DNA of 64,000 bases from a virus (lineage: Duplodnaviria; Caudoviricetes), in IMG/VR virus record IMGVR_UViG_3300013121_000004, positions 41,903-105,902 of that record. One strand, 5' to 3'. Both the position numbers and the translations under genes were made by a program. The notes under the pieces were generated by a model. The model was not told the origin of the DNA. It saw only the letters and a program-made list of their open reading frames with translations, and did no database searches. This document shows, one piece after another, positions 28,976 to 37,783 of the stretch. Numbering within the stretch: position 1 is the stretch's first letter; every line of letters starts with the position of its first letter.

Positions 28976-29506
28976 ATGACACAGTTTTACGGCACAACGT
29001 ATGCAGCATCCGCAAATTCAAAAATGAATTTGATGGAGATCTCGTACCCTCTAGTACATGAAGGTAAAAACCTCAATGGGCACATCTTTACTAGAGAAGA
29101 GATGGCCGAAGCATACGAGACACTCGTAGGTACCCCTATCGACCTAGATCATAGTCAAACAATAAACGATGTAGTCGGTAAACATACTGACGCGGAATTC
29201 AAGATCGAAGACGGTACAGCAGTAATTTACTGCAAGGGATACATTTACGCCGATTTCTACCCAGAGCTAGCAGCAAAACTTAGGGATGGGGTAGTAACCG
29301 GTATCTCCATGGAAACCCACTACGAGTGGGCCGAACGAACTGCTGATGGAATGGTATTACACGGGCTTAATTTCTTAGGCGCTGGTATCGTCCGTACTCC
29401 AGCAGATCCGATGGCTAGAGTAGTGCTTTCCGAAAATAAAGCTGTTAAAGAAATAATGGCTAAAGTAATAGAGTCCCTACTTACTTCAAAGGGAGTGAAA
29501 GTATAA
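28976..29506 (+). CDS. capsid maturation protease
   Basis: NLNG, PIDLDH, GISME, GAGIVRTPADP; GGAG SD before ATG 28976; TTGACA at 28905. Confidence 0.75.
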   Translation: MTQFYGTTYAASANSKMNLMEISYPLVHEGKNLNGHIFTREEMAEAYETLVGTPIDLDHSQTINDVVGKHTDAEFKIEDGTAVIYCKGYIYADFYPELAAKLRDGVVTGISMETHYEWAERTADGMVLHGLNFLGAGIVRTPADPMARVVLSENKAVKEIMAKVIESLLTSKGVKV

Positions 29507-30540
29507 TGGCTAGAAAAGAAGAAGTAATGAAGCTTATACATGGCGCTACTTCTACCGAGTGGGAAGAGGCTATTAACACAGCTATAGCCAGCATTATAGG
29601 CGGTAGATCAGAGGCTGATGAAGCAGAAATACTAGACAAAACTGCTATTGCAGAGCATAATGAAGAAGAAGATGTTACACTAGTAACAGAAGCTATGTCT
29701 ATTTTACGGGAATTAATTGCCCGTGAAGCAGTAGACGGAAATCAAGAAGACATCTATAAGCTCTACCTGATTGTTGAGACGCTATCCATGCTAGCTCAGC
29801 TACATTGGGAAGAAGAGTGGGATGTAATGCGTAAAGAGTACGAAGATACTGTAGCTGAAGCATCTATGTCTCGTAGAAATAGAAAAGAAAAAGAACAAGA
29901 GTGCAGTTCGCTAGCTGAATCTGAAACTGCTAGCGTTGAAATAAATGAAATTGAAGGAGATGAAGACATGGCACTTTCCGCAGAAGATAGAGCAGCCCTG
30001 ATCGAAGCTACCCGAGAGGGTGTAGTCGCAGGTCTGGCCCCTATTCTAGAAGCCATTTCTTCACAGGTTGCCGCAACTACGGCTCTCGCAAACGCTATTA
30101 GCGAGACGCGTGCCTCTACAGAAGTAGAGGAAGCTGTTGTCGAGGCCGCTGATGAAGAAACTGAAGAAGTGGTCGAAGATGCCCCGACCGCAGAAGCAGT
30201 CGCTGAGGCTGAAGAAATCGTAGCTGAAGTGGAGACTGAAGCAGAAGCTGTGGCAGAAGTAGACGAGGAACTAGAAGCCGCTGTAGCAGAAGCAGAAGTC
30301 GAAGTAGCAAATAGCGTAGTCTCCGCAGGCGTACGCAGTTACAGAATGGACACCACAGAAGGTCGCAAAGAATATCTAGCTTATGTAGCTAATCCCAACA
30401 ACGTAAATCGCACACCTGAGGGTGGTCGAGTTCCAGTTGGTAAAGTAGCTACGGCTGGAGCCGAATCAAGGGGCAGCGCAGGAGCTTCCCTTACTAAAGA
30501 AGAAATTCTAGAGGCTACAAAGAGCCTCTTCAAGCGATAA
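29506..30540 (+). CDS. scaffolding protein (acidic)
   Basis: E/A-rich helical protein between protease and capsid genes. Confidence 0.7.
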   Translation: MARKEEVMKLIHGATSTEWEEAINTAIASIIGGRSEADEAEILDKTAIAEHNEEEDVTLVTEAMSILRELIAREAVDGNQEDIYKLYLIVETLSMLAQLHWEEEWDVMRKEYEDTVAEASMSRRNRKEKEQECSSLAESETASVEINEIEGDEDMALSAEDRAALIEATREGVVAGLAPILEAISSQVAATTALANAISETRASTEVEEAVVEAADEETEEVVEDAPTAEAVAEAEEIVAEVETEAEAVAEVDEELEAAVAEAEVEVANSVVSAGVRSYRMDTTEGRKEYLAYVANPNNVNRTPEGGRVPVGKVATAGAESRGSAGASLTKEEILEATKSLFKR

Positions 30541-30557
30541 TCTAGGAGGAATTAGAT

Positions 30558-31049
30558 ATGTCTGCAACACAGGTAGGTATTGCGCAGGGTGTAGCTGCTC
30601 TAGGGTTCGAAGTCCTAGACCATCGCGAAATCGCTGCTGACGGAATGAGTGTCGCTGCAACAGTAGCTACTAAGGGTGACCTTATGTTCTACTCGGCTGC
30701 GAACACTGTTTCACGGGCTTCCGGCGATATGGCTGCTACCGCCCAATACGCAGGTTTTATTGACAACACTGTAGTCTCTTCAATGACTGGGCTACGGATT
30801 GACTACCACGGCGAAAAGATTCTCGTTAGCGAGGATAAGGCAACCCTATGGCGAGTCGGTCGCTATCGAATTACCAACGTCAGTGGCACAGTTGGTGACA
30901 ACGTAAAGGTTTATCCTGCTGACAGCGGCGCTCTAAGTGCTTCTCAGACAGGCTCCGCTCCTGCTGTCGGTATTGCTCGCAAGGGTAATGGCGGCGTATC
31001 TGGAGATCCAATCGAAGTCGAAATTGACTTCATCGCACGCCTAGCATAA
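30558..31049 (+). CDS. head decoration/cement protein
   Basis: Position before MCP; GDNVKVY...G.L...AVGIA pattern. Confidence 0.65.
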   Translation: MSATQVGIAQGVAALGFEVLDHREIAADGMSVAATVATKGDLMFYSAANTVSRASGDMAATAQYAGFIDNTVVSSMTGLRIDYHGEKILVSEDKATLWRVGRYRITNVSGTVGDNVKVYPADSGALSASQTGSAPAVGIARKGNGGVSGDPIEVEIDFIARLA

Positions 31050-31073
31050 GCGAGAAAAGGAGAATTAGTTAAC

Positions 31074-32009
31074 ATGGCACTTTCAAAGAATGCAATTTTC
31101 GCAGCCGCGCAGGAAAACCTAACCGATGGGGAACTTTCTGCTGCGCTTGCAACTGCTGCTCTAGCTCCTATCGCTGAGCAGGTAATTGAGAACGCAAAGA
31201 TGCGTCAGCTACTTCTTACTGACCGGATTAGCTCTGGGTCTAGTATTGAGTATCAGCTAAAGAAGAGAGGGATTGCCTATGTGTTCCCCCGCTATGGCCT
31301 TCCTGCTACTCGCATCGTACGGTACACCAAGTTCGCAGTCGAGCCTTGGCTCATCGCAACTCGGCCCAAGATCTCCATCCTAGACATTCAGGACGCCAAC
31401 TTCAATGTTGTTACTGATATTCTAGAAGATGCAGGTAAAGAAATGGCTGTCATGGAGGACAAGGAAGGATTCCGCCTATTCAACGTAGGTGCTCCTCTTC
31501 CCGGTACTGCTTGGCCTACAGCCGGTTCTGACGAATGGCCGACTATCTCTGACGGCCCCGGTGGTATTGGGCGCAAGCTCAGCACCAACATTGTCCGTCT
31601 CGATGGTAGCACCGTGCCAGTCCTTCAGGACTTCGTTCGCGCTCAGTCGCTACTTCGCGTAATCGGCTATGAGCCAAACGGTCTTCTCATGAACCCTTAT
31701 ACTCTAGGAAAGCTAATGGCTACCAACGAGTTCCTCCTTTACACCAACAGCGGTTCACGCGAAGTTGTAGAGACTGGTAACATCCGTGGTGCCCTTGGTG
31801 TGGATATTGTCACAAGCAATCTTTGCGGCCTTGAGGATACATGGATTCTGGATGCCAAGGAAGCTGCTCGATTCGTCGAGCGGAATCCTCTAACCGTAGT
31901 CGCCAAGACAGACATGCTCATCAATGAGTGGCTGCTCTGGGAGCGAATCGCAGTAGTTGTGCTAAACGCCAACGCAATGATTCGCCTGTCTTATGACGAA
32001 GACGCCTAA
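31074..32009 (+). CDS. major capsid protein (HK97 fold)
   Basis: 311 aa, strong SD, LLMNP and GALGVDIVTS motifs, followed by a terminator. Confidence 0.85.
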   Translation: MALSKNAIFAAAQENLTDGELSAALATAALAPIAEQVIENAKMRQLLLTDRISSGSSIEYQLKKRGIAYVFPRYGLPATRIVRYTKFAVEPWLIATRPKISILDIQDANFNVVTDILEDAGKEMAVMEDKEGFRLFNVGAPLPGTAWPTAGSDEWPTISDGPGGIGRKLSTNIVRLDGSTVPVLQDFVRAQSLLRVIGYEPNGLLMNPYTLGKLMATNEFLLYTNSGSREVVETGNIRGALGVDIVTSNLCGLEDTWILDAKEAARFVERNPLTVVAKTDMLINEWLLWERIAVVVLNANAMIRLSYDEDA

Positions 32010-32030
32010 TATTTAGGTAGAACATTTCTT

Positions 32031-32063
32031 TGGGGAGGAGGGGTAATCCTCCTCCCCATTTTT
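32031..32063 (+). terminator. intrinsic terminator after MCP
   Basis: TGGGGAGGAGG/CCTCCTCCCCA stem then TTTTT. Confidence 0.85.
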
Positions 32064-32088
32064 CATTCAATCACATAGGGGAAACATT

Positions 32089-32265
32089 ATGTATCACGTA
32101 GTTCATGCCAGTGCAGGATACAGCATCGTAGACGAGGATGGGACAGTAGTAAGCTCTACTCTCGATGAAAAGAAAGCTTACGCACAAGCTAAGGCACGGA
32201 ATGAAGGACGATACGAAGAGGGCGGGAGTATTATGATTCCGGCTACTATCACTAGGGGACGGTAA
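32089..32265 (+). CDS. small 58-aa protein (not in ORF track)
   Basis: AGGGGA SD, ATG 32089, TAA abutting the next ATG. Confidence 0.55.
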   Translation: MYHVVHASAGYSIVDEDGTVVSSTLDEKKAYAQAKARNEGRYEEGGSIMIPATITRGR

Positions 32266-32886
32266 ATGGCGCGACCAGAAGACTTACTTGAATACTTGAA
32301 AGCTGATATGGGGTTTCTTCTTGAAACTTACGTACCAGAGAGATATCTTGTACCTAATACCAGCTTTACTTCTTACAATTCAAGAGAGTCTAGCTGGTAC
32401 AGCAGACCTCCAGCAATTATCAGGAAGAACGGGGCTATCCTTACTGCCGGGTACACGGTTGACTATACTAACGGGATAGTCACGTTCTCTCCTGCGTTAA
32501 CTGCAAGCGATGTAGTTACAGCAGAATTCTATTTCTCTCCTATATCTGACTCTGCGCTTATTATGGCATTGAATGCAGGAACTAGAGAGCTAGCCTCGCT
32601 TATAGGTGTAGCCATATCTCCTGCTGCTGATGTAAACGCTTTGTACGAAATCCCAATTGTCGATTTAGCTTATAGACGGCTGTATCGGCCACTTATGGCT
32701 GCTACTGCTGACTACCACAAATGGGACGCAGACGGAGTGTCGTACGATAAGAATCAGGTGTTTAAGAATTACGCTGTAACAATCGAAGAGAAATCAAAGG
32801 CTATCAATCAGGCTATAGCTAGGCTACGCCTAACAGGGCTAATAGGCGGCATTAACGTGGAAGTACTAGACACAGCGGGGCAGTAA
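32266..32886 (+). CDS. head-tail adaptor with inserted beta domain
   Basis: Position; YTVDYTNGIVTFSPAL insert. Confidence 0.6.
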   Translation: MARPEDLLEYLKADMGFLLETYVPERYLVPNTSFTSYNSRESSWYSRPPAIIRKNGAILTAGYTVDYTNGIVTFSPALTASDVVTAEFYFSPISDSALIMALNAGTRELASLIGVAISPAADVNALYEIPIVDLAYRRLYRPLMAATADYHKWDADGVSYDKNQVFKNYAVTIEEKSKAINQAIARLRLTGLIGGINVEVLDTAGQ

Positions 32887-32887
32887 A

Positions 32888-33241
32888 ATGAGCAACATTC
32901 CTAGAGAAGAATTACATCAAACACAGATTAACAGGTACTTAAGGAGTTCGGCGTATCTTCCCCAAGATGAGGAAGATTACGATTACGATGAGTACCTAGA
33001 CCATCTAGAGGATAACTTGAAAGGGCCGATGCGTCAGTTCAGATCTGCTATGCTGGATCTAGGAAATCTGATGACAGCAGACTACGCACAACGAAAAGTA
33101 TTTCGAGATGTAGTATTCGCTAAAGAAAAAGAAATGATGGCACTCATGGACGACTGGATACATTTCTATCTTCTTCACTCTGAGGCTGTAAAGGATTCAA
33201 TCAGTTATGAGTTTACATGCAGACCGTTATCATCTGACTAA
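32888..33241 (+). CDS. hypothetical protein
   Basis: ORF in neck region. Confidence 0.55.
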   Translation: MSNIPREELHQTQINRYLRSSAYLPQDEEDYDYDEYLDHLEDNLKGPMRQFRSAMLDLGNLMTADYAQRKVFRDVVFAKEKEMMALMDDWIHFYLLHSEAVKDSISYEFTCRPLSSD

Positions 33242-33575
33242 GATAGCTACACACCTAGTTAATATATACAGACTAGACGATACAACAACCCCGTATCGCC
33301 ATACTGTCATATATAACGACTGGCGTTGTACTTTTTCACCTACTAACGAAGACCAATATCCGGTAGTAGCTAGCTCAGGCATACGTGCCCAGTACTGGTC
33401 AGTGTGGGGTGTGGTTTATCCTCCGTTTGAGATAAAGAGAGGTGATCAGCTTCAGAACTTACGCAATGTTAGCACGCGTAGAGTGGTAAAAGATAAGCTG
33501 AACGTAGTAGAAGTTATCCCTGTGTCTGCTGATAATGTCGTTCATCTCATAGTTTCTGATAGCGGTACTAGATAA
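33207..33575 (+). CDS. head closure/stopper protein (tentative)
   Basis: Position and EIKRGDQL beta pattern. Confidence 0.5.
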   Translation: MSLHADRYHLTKIATHLVNIYRLDDTTTPYRHTVIYNDWRCTFSPTNEDQYPVVASSGIRAQYWSVWGVVYPPFEIKRGDQLQNLRNVSTRRVVKDKLNVVEVIPVSADNVVHLIVSDSGTR

Positions 33576-35362
33576 TGGGAAGTGAACCTAGCTCTGGGCA
33601 GCCATTTCGTGTATCCTTGGAAGCCAAAGGCATTAAGCGAACTGCGCCAAAGAAAGTGCCCACAGTCAAATTAGACGAAGCTTCTATTCGTGCGTGGAGG
33701 AACGCTTCCCCCGCTATGCGTGCAGTAGTAGCGAAGAATTTTACTAAAGCCGAAGTAGCGGCCATGAACAGAGCCGCAGGTGTACAAGGACAAATACAGG
33801 CCGCTAAAGCTAACGTAGCGCAAAAGCCAAAAACCCCTGCCGCGAAGAAATCTGCCCCTGCTAGACAGCCTAAGACTTTTGCTCCGAATCCAACTGTCCC
33901 GGAGCCTAAAGCTACTAGCGCGAGAATGGCTAAGGCAATGGCTGCGCCCAGCTTATCAGAAGCAGAATTAGAGAAGGCAACAAAAGCCTATAGAGCTAAC
34001 AAAGCGAGGATTAGTGCTGCTGAAAAAGCTGATGCTGAATCTCGTCGTAGAGCCAAAACGCAAAGAGAAGGAAGCAAGAAAGGCGGAAGGCCACGCACAG
34101 CTACGCCAAAACCGTCTAAGAGGGAAGAGAAGAAGCTAGCCGCCGCACTAGACCAGAAAGCGCACGAAGATACTCTTAGGCTTAGAGTAGGTGATAAACA
34201 GTTTGGTTTGCATACCCCTGCCGCGAAGGATTCTATGAGGAAGCCAAAAGACTTCTTTAGTGGTAATCCATATTACAGAGGAGACAGCAGGCCGGGCCGT
34301 ATTAAACAGCACGGCAGTATGTCTGAGTCTTTTAAGATTCTAGCCGGTAAGCTAGATCGCGCAGGAAATGATAAGTACCATTTCAACTTGTTCTTCCGTA
34401 ACATGGAAGCAATGGCACAACGTGTTTATCAAGATTTACTACGTGTGACACCACCAGAGATGAGAGACACGTGGGTGTACACTAAAACCAGAACTGGCGA
34501 CAGTCTAGAAGTAACTCTGTACAATAATCACGTAGCGTTTCCGTATAAGCTATACGGTACAGCTACTCATAGAGTCTGGCCTGAGAAGCGCGTAGACTAC
34601 CCTATTGTACCGGGGGCTGCTGGTGACTTTGATACGCCTGCACAGAGACGCGCTTACATCAAGGACGTTCAGCGTGGAAAGATAAGGAGATATGAAAAAT
34701 CTGTAGAGCCAGAACAGAAGAAAAAGAAAAGCAATTTTCTTTCTGACCCAGATACAGCAGCAACAGCAGCGCAGTACCTGCGGGAGTACCAAAGTACTAA
34801 GCATATGGGTAAAGCTGCTGCTGACTACTTCAAACAAAGAATGGACGCATTAAAGTCCAGTTATGAGAAGAGATTCGCCTACGAAGAGGATTATGAAGAA
34901 GACGGCACCGGCCCCGGCAGGCAGACCCAGTATTTTCTAAAACTTGGCGGTCAATGGATAGACGGAAAGGGAGGAAAAGCAGCTTTCGCTCCTTACCAAA
35001 CCTCTGAGTACATCAAATCCAGACAACATGACTCGCAACAAGTTAGTGCGGCTGGGGTGCAAGTCGAATTCAGAACATCTTCTGGTGGTAAAGTAAGCTT
35101 CGTTAGAAAGACTAGGAAGAAACAATCTAACAAGCGTGGGGAAGTGTTTATCCCGTATGTCGAGCATCACTATGGTGTACGGCCTGACATGAAGCTGTAT
35201 AATACATGGAGGGCATGGACTTCTGGTAAGAAATATCGACAGCTACGTCAAGAAAAGCATTCGGTACAGATCGACCAGATCATGAAGAACTTTACTGATA
35301 TGTCAGCTCAAATGAACAAGCAGTTCAATGCCAATCCTGTCGATATGCAAGTGAGGGTATAA
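33575..35362 (+). CDS. large basic neck-region protein, HK97 gp10-like core with extensions
   Basis: Position; TPPEMRDTW...YKLYGTATH core; K/A/P/R-rich N-terminus. Confidence 0.5.
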   Translation: MGSEPSSGQPFRVSLEAKGIKRTAPKKVPTVKLDEASIRAWRNASPAMRAVVAKNFTKAEVAAMNRAAGVQGQIQAAKANVAQKPKTPAAKKSAPARQPKTFAPNPTVPEPKATSARMAKAMAAPSLSEAELEKATKAYRANKARISAAEKADAESRRRAKTQREGSKKGGRPRTATPKPSKREEKKLAAALDQKAHEDTLRLRVGDKQFGLHTPAAKDSMRKPKDFFSGNPYYRGDSRPGRIKQHGSMSESFKILAGKLDRAGNDKYHFNLFFRNMEAMAQRVYQDLLRVTPPEMRDTWVYTKTRTGDSLEVTLYNNHVAFPYKLYGTATHRVWPEKRVDYPIVPGAAGDFDTPAQRRAYIKDVQRGKIRRYEKSVEPEQKKKKSNFLSDPDTAATAAQYLREYQSTKHMGKAAADYFKQRMDALKSSYEKRFAYEEDYEEDGTGPGRQTQYFLKLGGQWIDGKGGKAAFAPYQTSEYIKSRQHDSQQVSAAGVQVEFRTSSGGKVSFVRKTRKKQSNKRGEVFIPYVEHHYGVRPDMKLYNTWRAWTSGKKYRQLRQEKHSVQIDQIMKNFTDMSAQMNKQFNANPVDMQVRV

Positions 35363-35874
35363 TGTATACAGGGCCATATATTCAACTGATAGATAATATC
35401 AAAGCCATTCTACAGAATGAATCTAGTAAACGAACAGGTTCGCCACTTACTAGTGCATACGGTGATTTTACCTTTTTTACTAAGAGAGTAACTAACTGGG
35501 ATGAACTTCTAAACAGTCTTCCAGCTATTACAATAGATTTGGACGGAGGCGGATTCGACTACATATACGAAGATCAAGGAGCCTTTAGGTTAATACCAGT
35601 AGTAATCGTTCTGTACATGCCATTATATACGTATGGTAAAACAGCGGATGAATCTGCTACAATAGAAGTAGCGGTAGACGAAGAAATAAAACTACGCTTC
35701 GCTGACCTCGAAGAAATAATGAATGAAAATCGTGCAGCGCACGGTACTGCATATGAGTTATTAATGGTTGAAGGCGGTGGCATTTTCTATGAAGCCTTCG
35801 ATTTTGGCGAACCAATCAACATGCAACTAAGACTTGCACAACTCAATCTAGTCGCGAGACAGCGCATACAATAA
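35362..35874 (+). CDS. tail terminator protein (tentative)
   Basis: Acidic, LPAITI motif, directly before the tail tube gene. Confidence 0.55.
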   Translation: MYTGPYIQLIDNIKAILQNESSKRTGSPLTSAYGDFTFFTKRVTNWDELLNSLPAITIDLDGGGFDYIYEDQGAFRLIPVVIVLYMPLYTYGKTADESATIEVAVDEEIKLRFADLEEIMNENRAAHGTAYELLMVEGGGIFYEAFDFGEPINMQLRLAQLNLVARQRIQ

Positions 35875-35917
35875 GTGTTCCCACTTTCTAAGTGGCAAAT
35901 TTCAGGAGGAATAACTA

Positions 35918-36778
35918 ATGGCAAGAGACGTAATTTCCCAAGCACGCGCTGGTTCTCTACTAGAATCCCATGGTGGGCCAGCAGTTTTGTTCTACGCGCC
36001 TCTCGGCACTACTTTCCCAACGGCAATTAGTGACGTAATCGATTTCGATGCCGGTGCAAACCAGTTCAAGGCCCTAAGCCCTTGGACTTCTCTAGGTATT
36101 ACCCGCAGTGGTATTACTGTTACAAGAGGTTTCGAAGATATTAAGCGAGACGCAGATCAATCATACGGTGCTTTTGACCTTCGCCCAACCGGTTGGTCAA
36201 CAATGGTTTCGACCGAACTTCTAAAAACTGACCCTGTTACGCTACAGCTAGCGTGGGTTGGCGGTGCTATTACTACCGTAGCAAAGGTTTCTACCACACT
36301 ACAGGTAGCAGTAGCAGCAACCGATACAACCATGACTGTAAACAGCATTTCTGGTCTATCCAATGCTGATTACATCATCATGGGCACTGGGCCTTATCAG
36401 GAACTATGCAAGATTTCTGGATCACCATCTGGTAACACTGTTACCATCGCCGTAGGCGCACAGTATGCTCACGCATCAGGTACTCTTGTAGCTAAGCTAG
36501 AAGAGAATACCATGCCTTATGGTACTGCCCGAAACATCCCACCGTATCTACTCGCCGTAATTGCTCCGGTAAACTACGACGATCCAGCTGCTGGTGGTGT
36601 TGTTAACGGCCTTAGAATGTTCGCATTCCGTCGCGTAAAGCTTGAAGCTGGGCAGCGCCAGATTAACCACTCAAACGGTCAAGACTGGACTCTCCCTGTT
36701 AGCTTCTACGCATTCCCTGACCTTGATCAGGGTGACCCAGACACCGATACCTTCGTTGTCTACGACCTAGCATACTAA
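35918..36778 (+). CDS. major tail (tube) protein with inserted beta domain
   Basis: AGGAGG SD; WTSLGITRSGITV; LPVSFYAFPD; TTLQVAVAATDTTMTV insert. Confidence 0.8.
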   Translation: MARDVISQARAGSLLESHGGPAVLFYAPLGTTFPTAISDVIDFDAGANQFKALSPWTSLGITRSGITVTRGFEDIKRDADQSYGAFDLRPTGWSTMVSTELLKTDPVTLQLAWVGGAITTVAKVSTTLQVAVAATDTTMTVNSISGLSNADYIIMGTGPYQELCKISGSPSGNTVTIAVGAQYAHASGTLVAKLEENTMPYGTARNIPPYLLAVIAPVNYDDPAAGGVVNGLRMFAFRRVKLEAGQRQINHSNGQDWTLPVSFYAFPDLDQGDPDTDTFVVYDLAY

Positions 36779-36860
36779 GTCTTAGTAGCTAATACACGTA
36801 GTGACAGCCCGTACAGGGTGTTTCACTTTTACATCATCACACATAAGGAAACGATATAAG

Positions 36861-37325
36861 ATGAGTGACGCATTTATTCAGAGAAGTAAGTCCATTTGGG
36901 TAGGGGCTGAAGAAGTAGAGGTAAGGGAAATGCCTCTAGCCAGAGTAAAGAGATTTAAGACTGTAATCTCTGGTTTCGCAGAAGAGTACAACGAACTAAT
37001 GGATACTGTACGTGCTACCATGGAAGCGCGAGACGAGGCCATCGAACGAGGCGAAGATCCAGTAACCGCAAATCTAGAGCTAGATATGTGGAGCGACATC
37101 GCAGATATGATCTTTGCACGTCCGCACGAAGTGCTTAGTGTCCTAGTGCCTAATCTGCCGAAAGAACCGTTTGAAGACGAAGAAAATGGTGTAACGATCC
37201 CACAGTTAATCGACGCATTTGATACTGTGTTAGAAGTTAACAAGATAGAGTGGGTCAAGAAGAGCCTCCCTTTCATCCAGAGTTTGATCTTGAGTTCGGA
37301 TCTGAACTTCTTAACCAAGAAGTAG
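36861..37325 (+). CDS. tail assembly chaperone (G)
   Basis: Between tube and tape measure genes; contains slippery site. Confidence 0.75.
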   Translation: MSDAFIQRSKSIWVGAEEVEVREMPLARVKRFKTVISGFAEEYNELMDTVRATMEARDEAIERGEDPVTANLELDMWSDIADMIFARPHEVLSVLVPNLPKEPFEDEENGVTIPQLIDAFDTVLEVNKIEWVKKSLPFIQSLILSSDLNFLTKK

Positions 37326-37783
37326 ATGAAAAGTACACAGAAGACAGAGTGCTAGCACGACTGTTCTCTAGGACTTCTATCAAACCTGTAGACGCGTTAA
37401 ACGAGGATACAGGTTTAACTTTGTCGCAAATACAAGTTCTCTTAGAAGAAGTACAATATCAAGACAACACTACCCTAGCGCTGCTATTGCAAGCACAAGC
37501 AATGACTGTTCCTGCAATAGCTAGTATAATGGGAGGTATGATGGGCGGAGGAAGCCCTGATGGTGCTACCAAGTCGTTAGAGGCTATCTTAAATATGGCA
37601 CGCACTCTCCTCGAAGGAAAAGACTCAGAAGAGACTGTTGCGGAAAAGAAGATGACAGAAAAGCAGAAAAAGGAGGCGGACGAGTTACTTGAAAGACATC
37701 CGCTATTCAAGCAATTTTATGCTGAGCGAGGAGCCGAGAGCTTAGATGAAATCAATGTAATGAATCCAATTAGCATTGGCTGA
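37268..37783 (+). CDS. tail assembly chaperone -1 frameshift extension (GT)
   Basis: C-CCT-TTC heptamer at 37268-37274 leading into the overlapping -1 frame ORF. Confidence 0.75.
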   Translation, partial: PFHPEFDLEFGSELLNQEVDEKYTEDRVLARLFSRTSIKPVDALNEDTGLTLSQIQVLLEEVQYQDNTTLALLLQAQAMTVPAIASIMGGMMGGGSPDGATKSLEAILNMARTLLEGKDSEETVAEKKMTEKQKKEADELLERHPLFKQFYAERGAESLDEINVMNPISIG

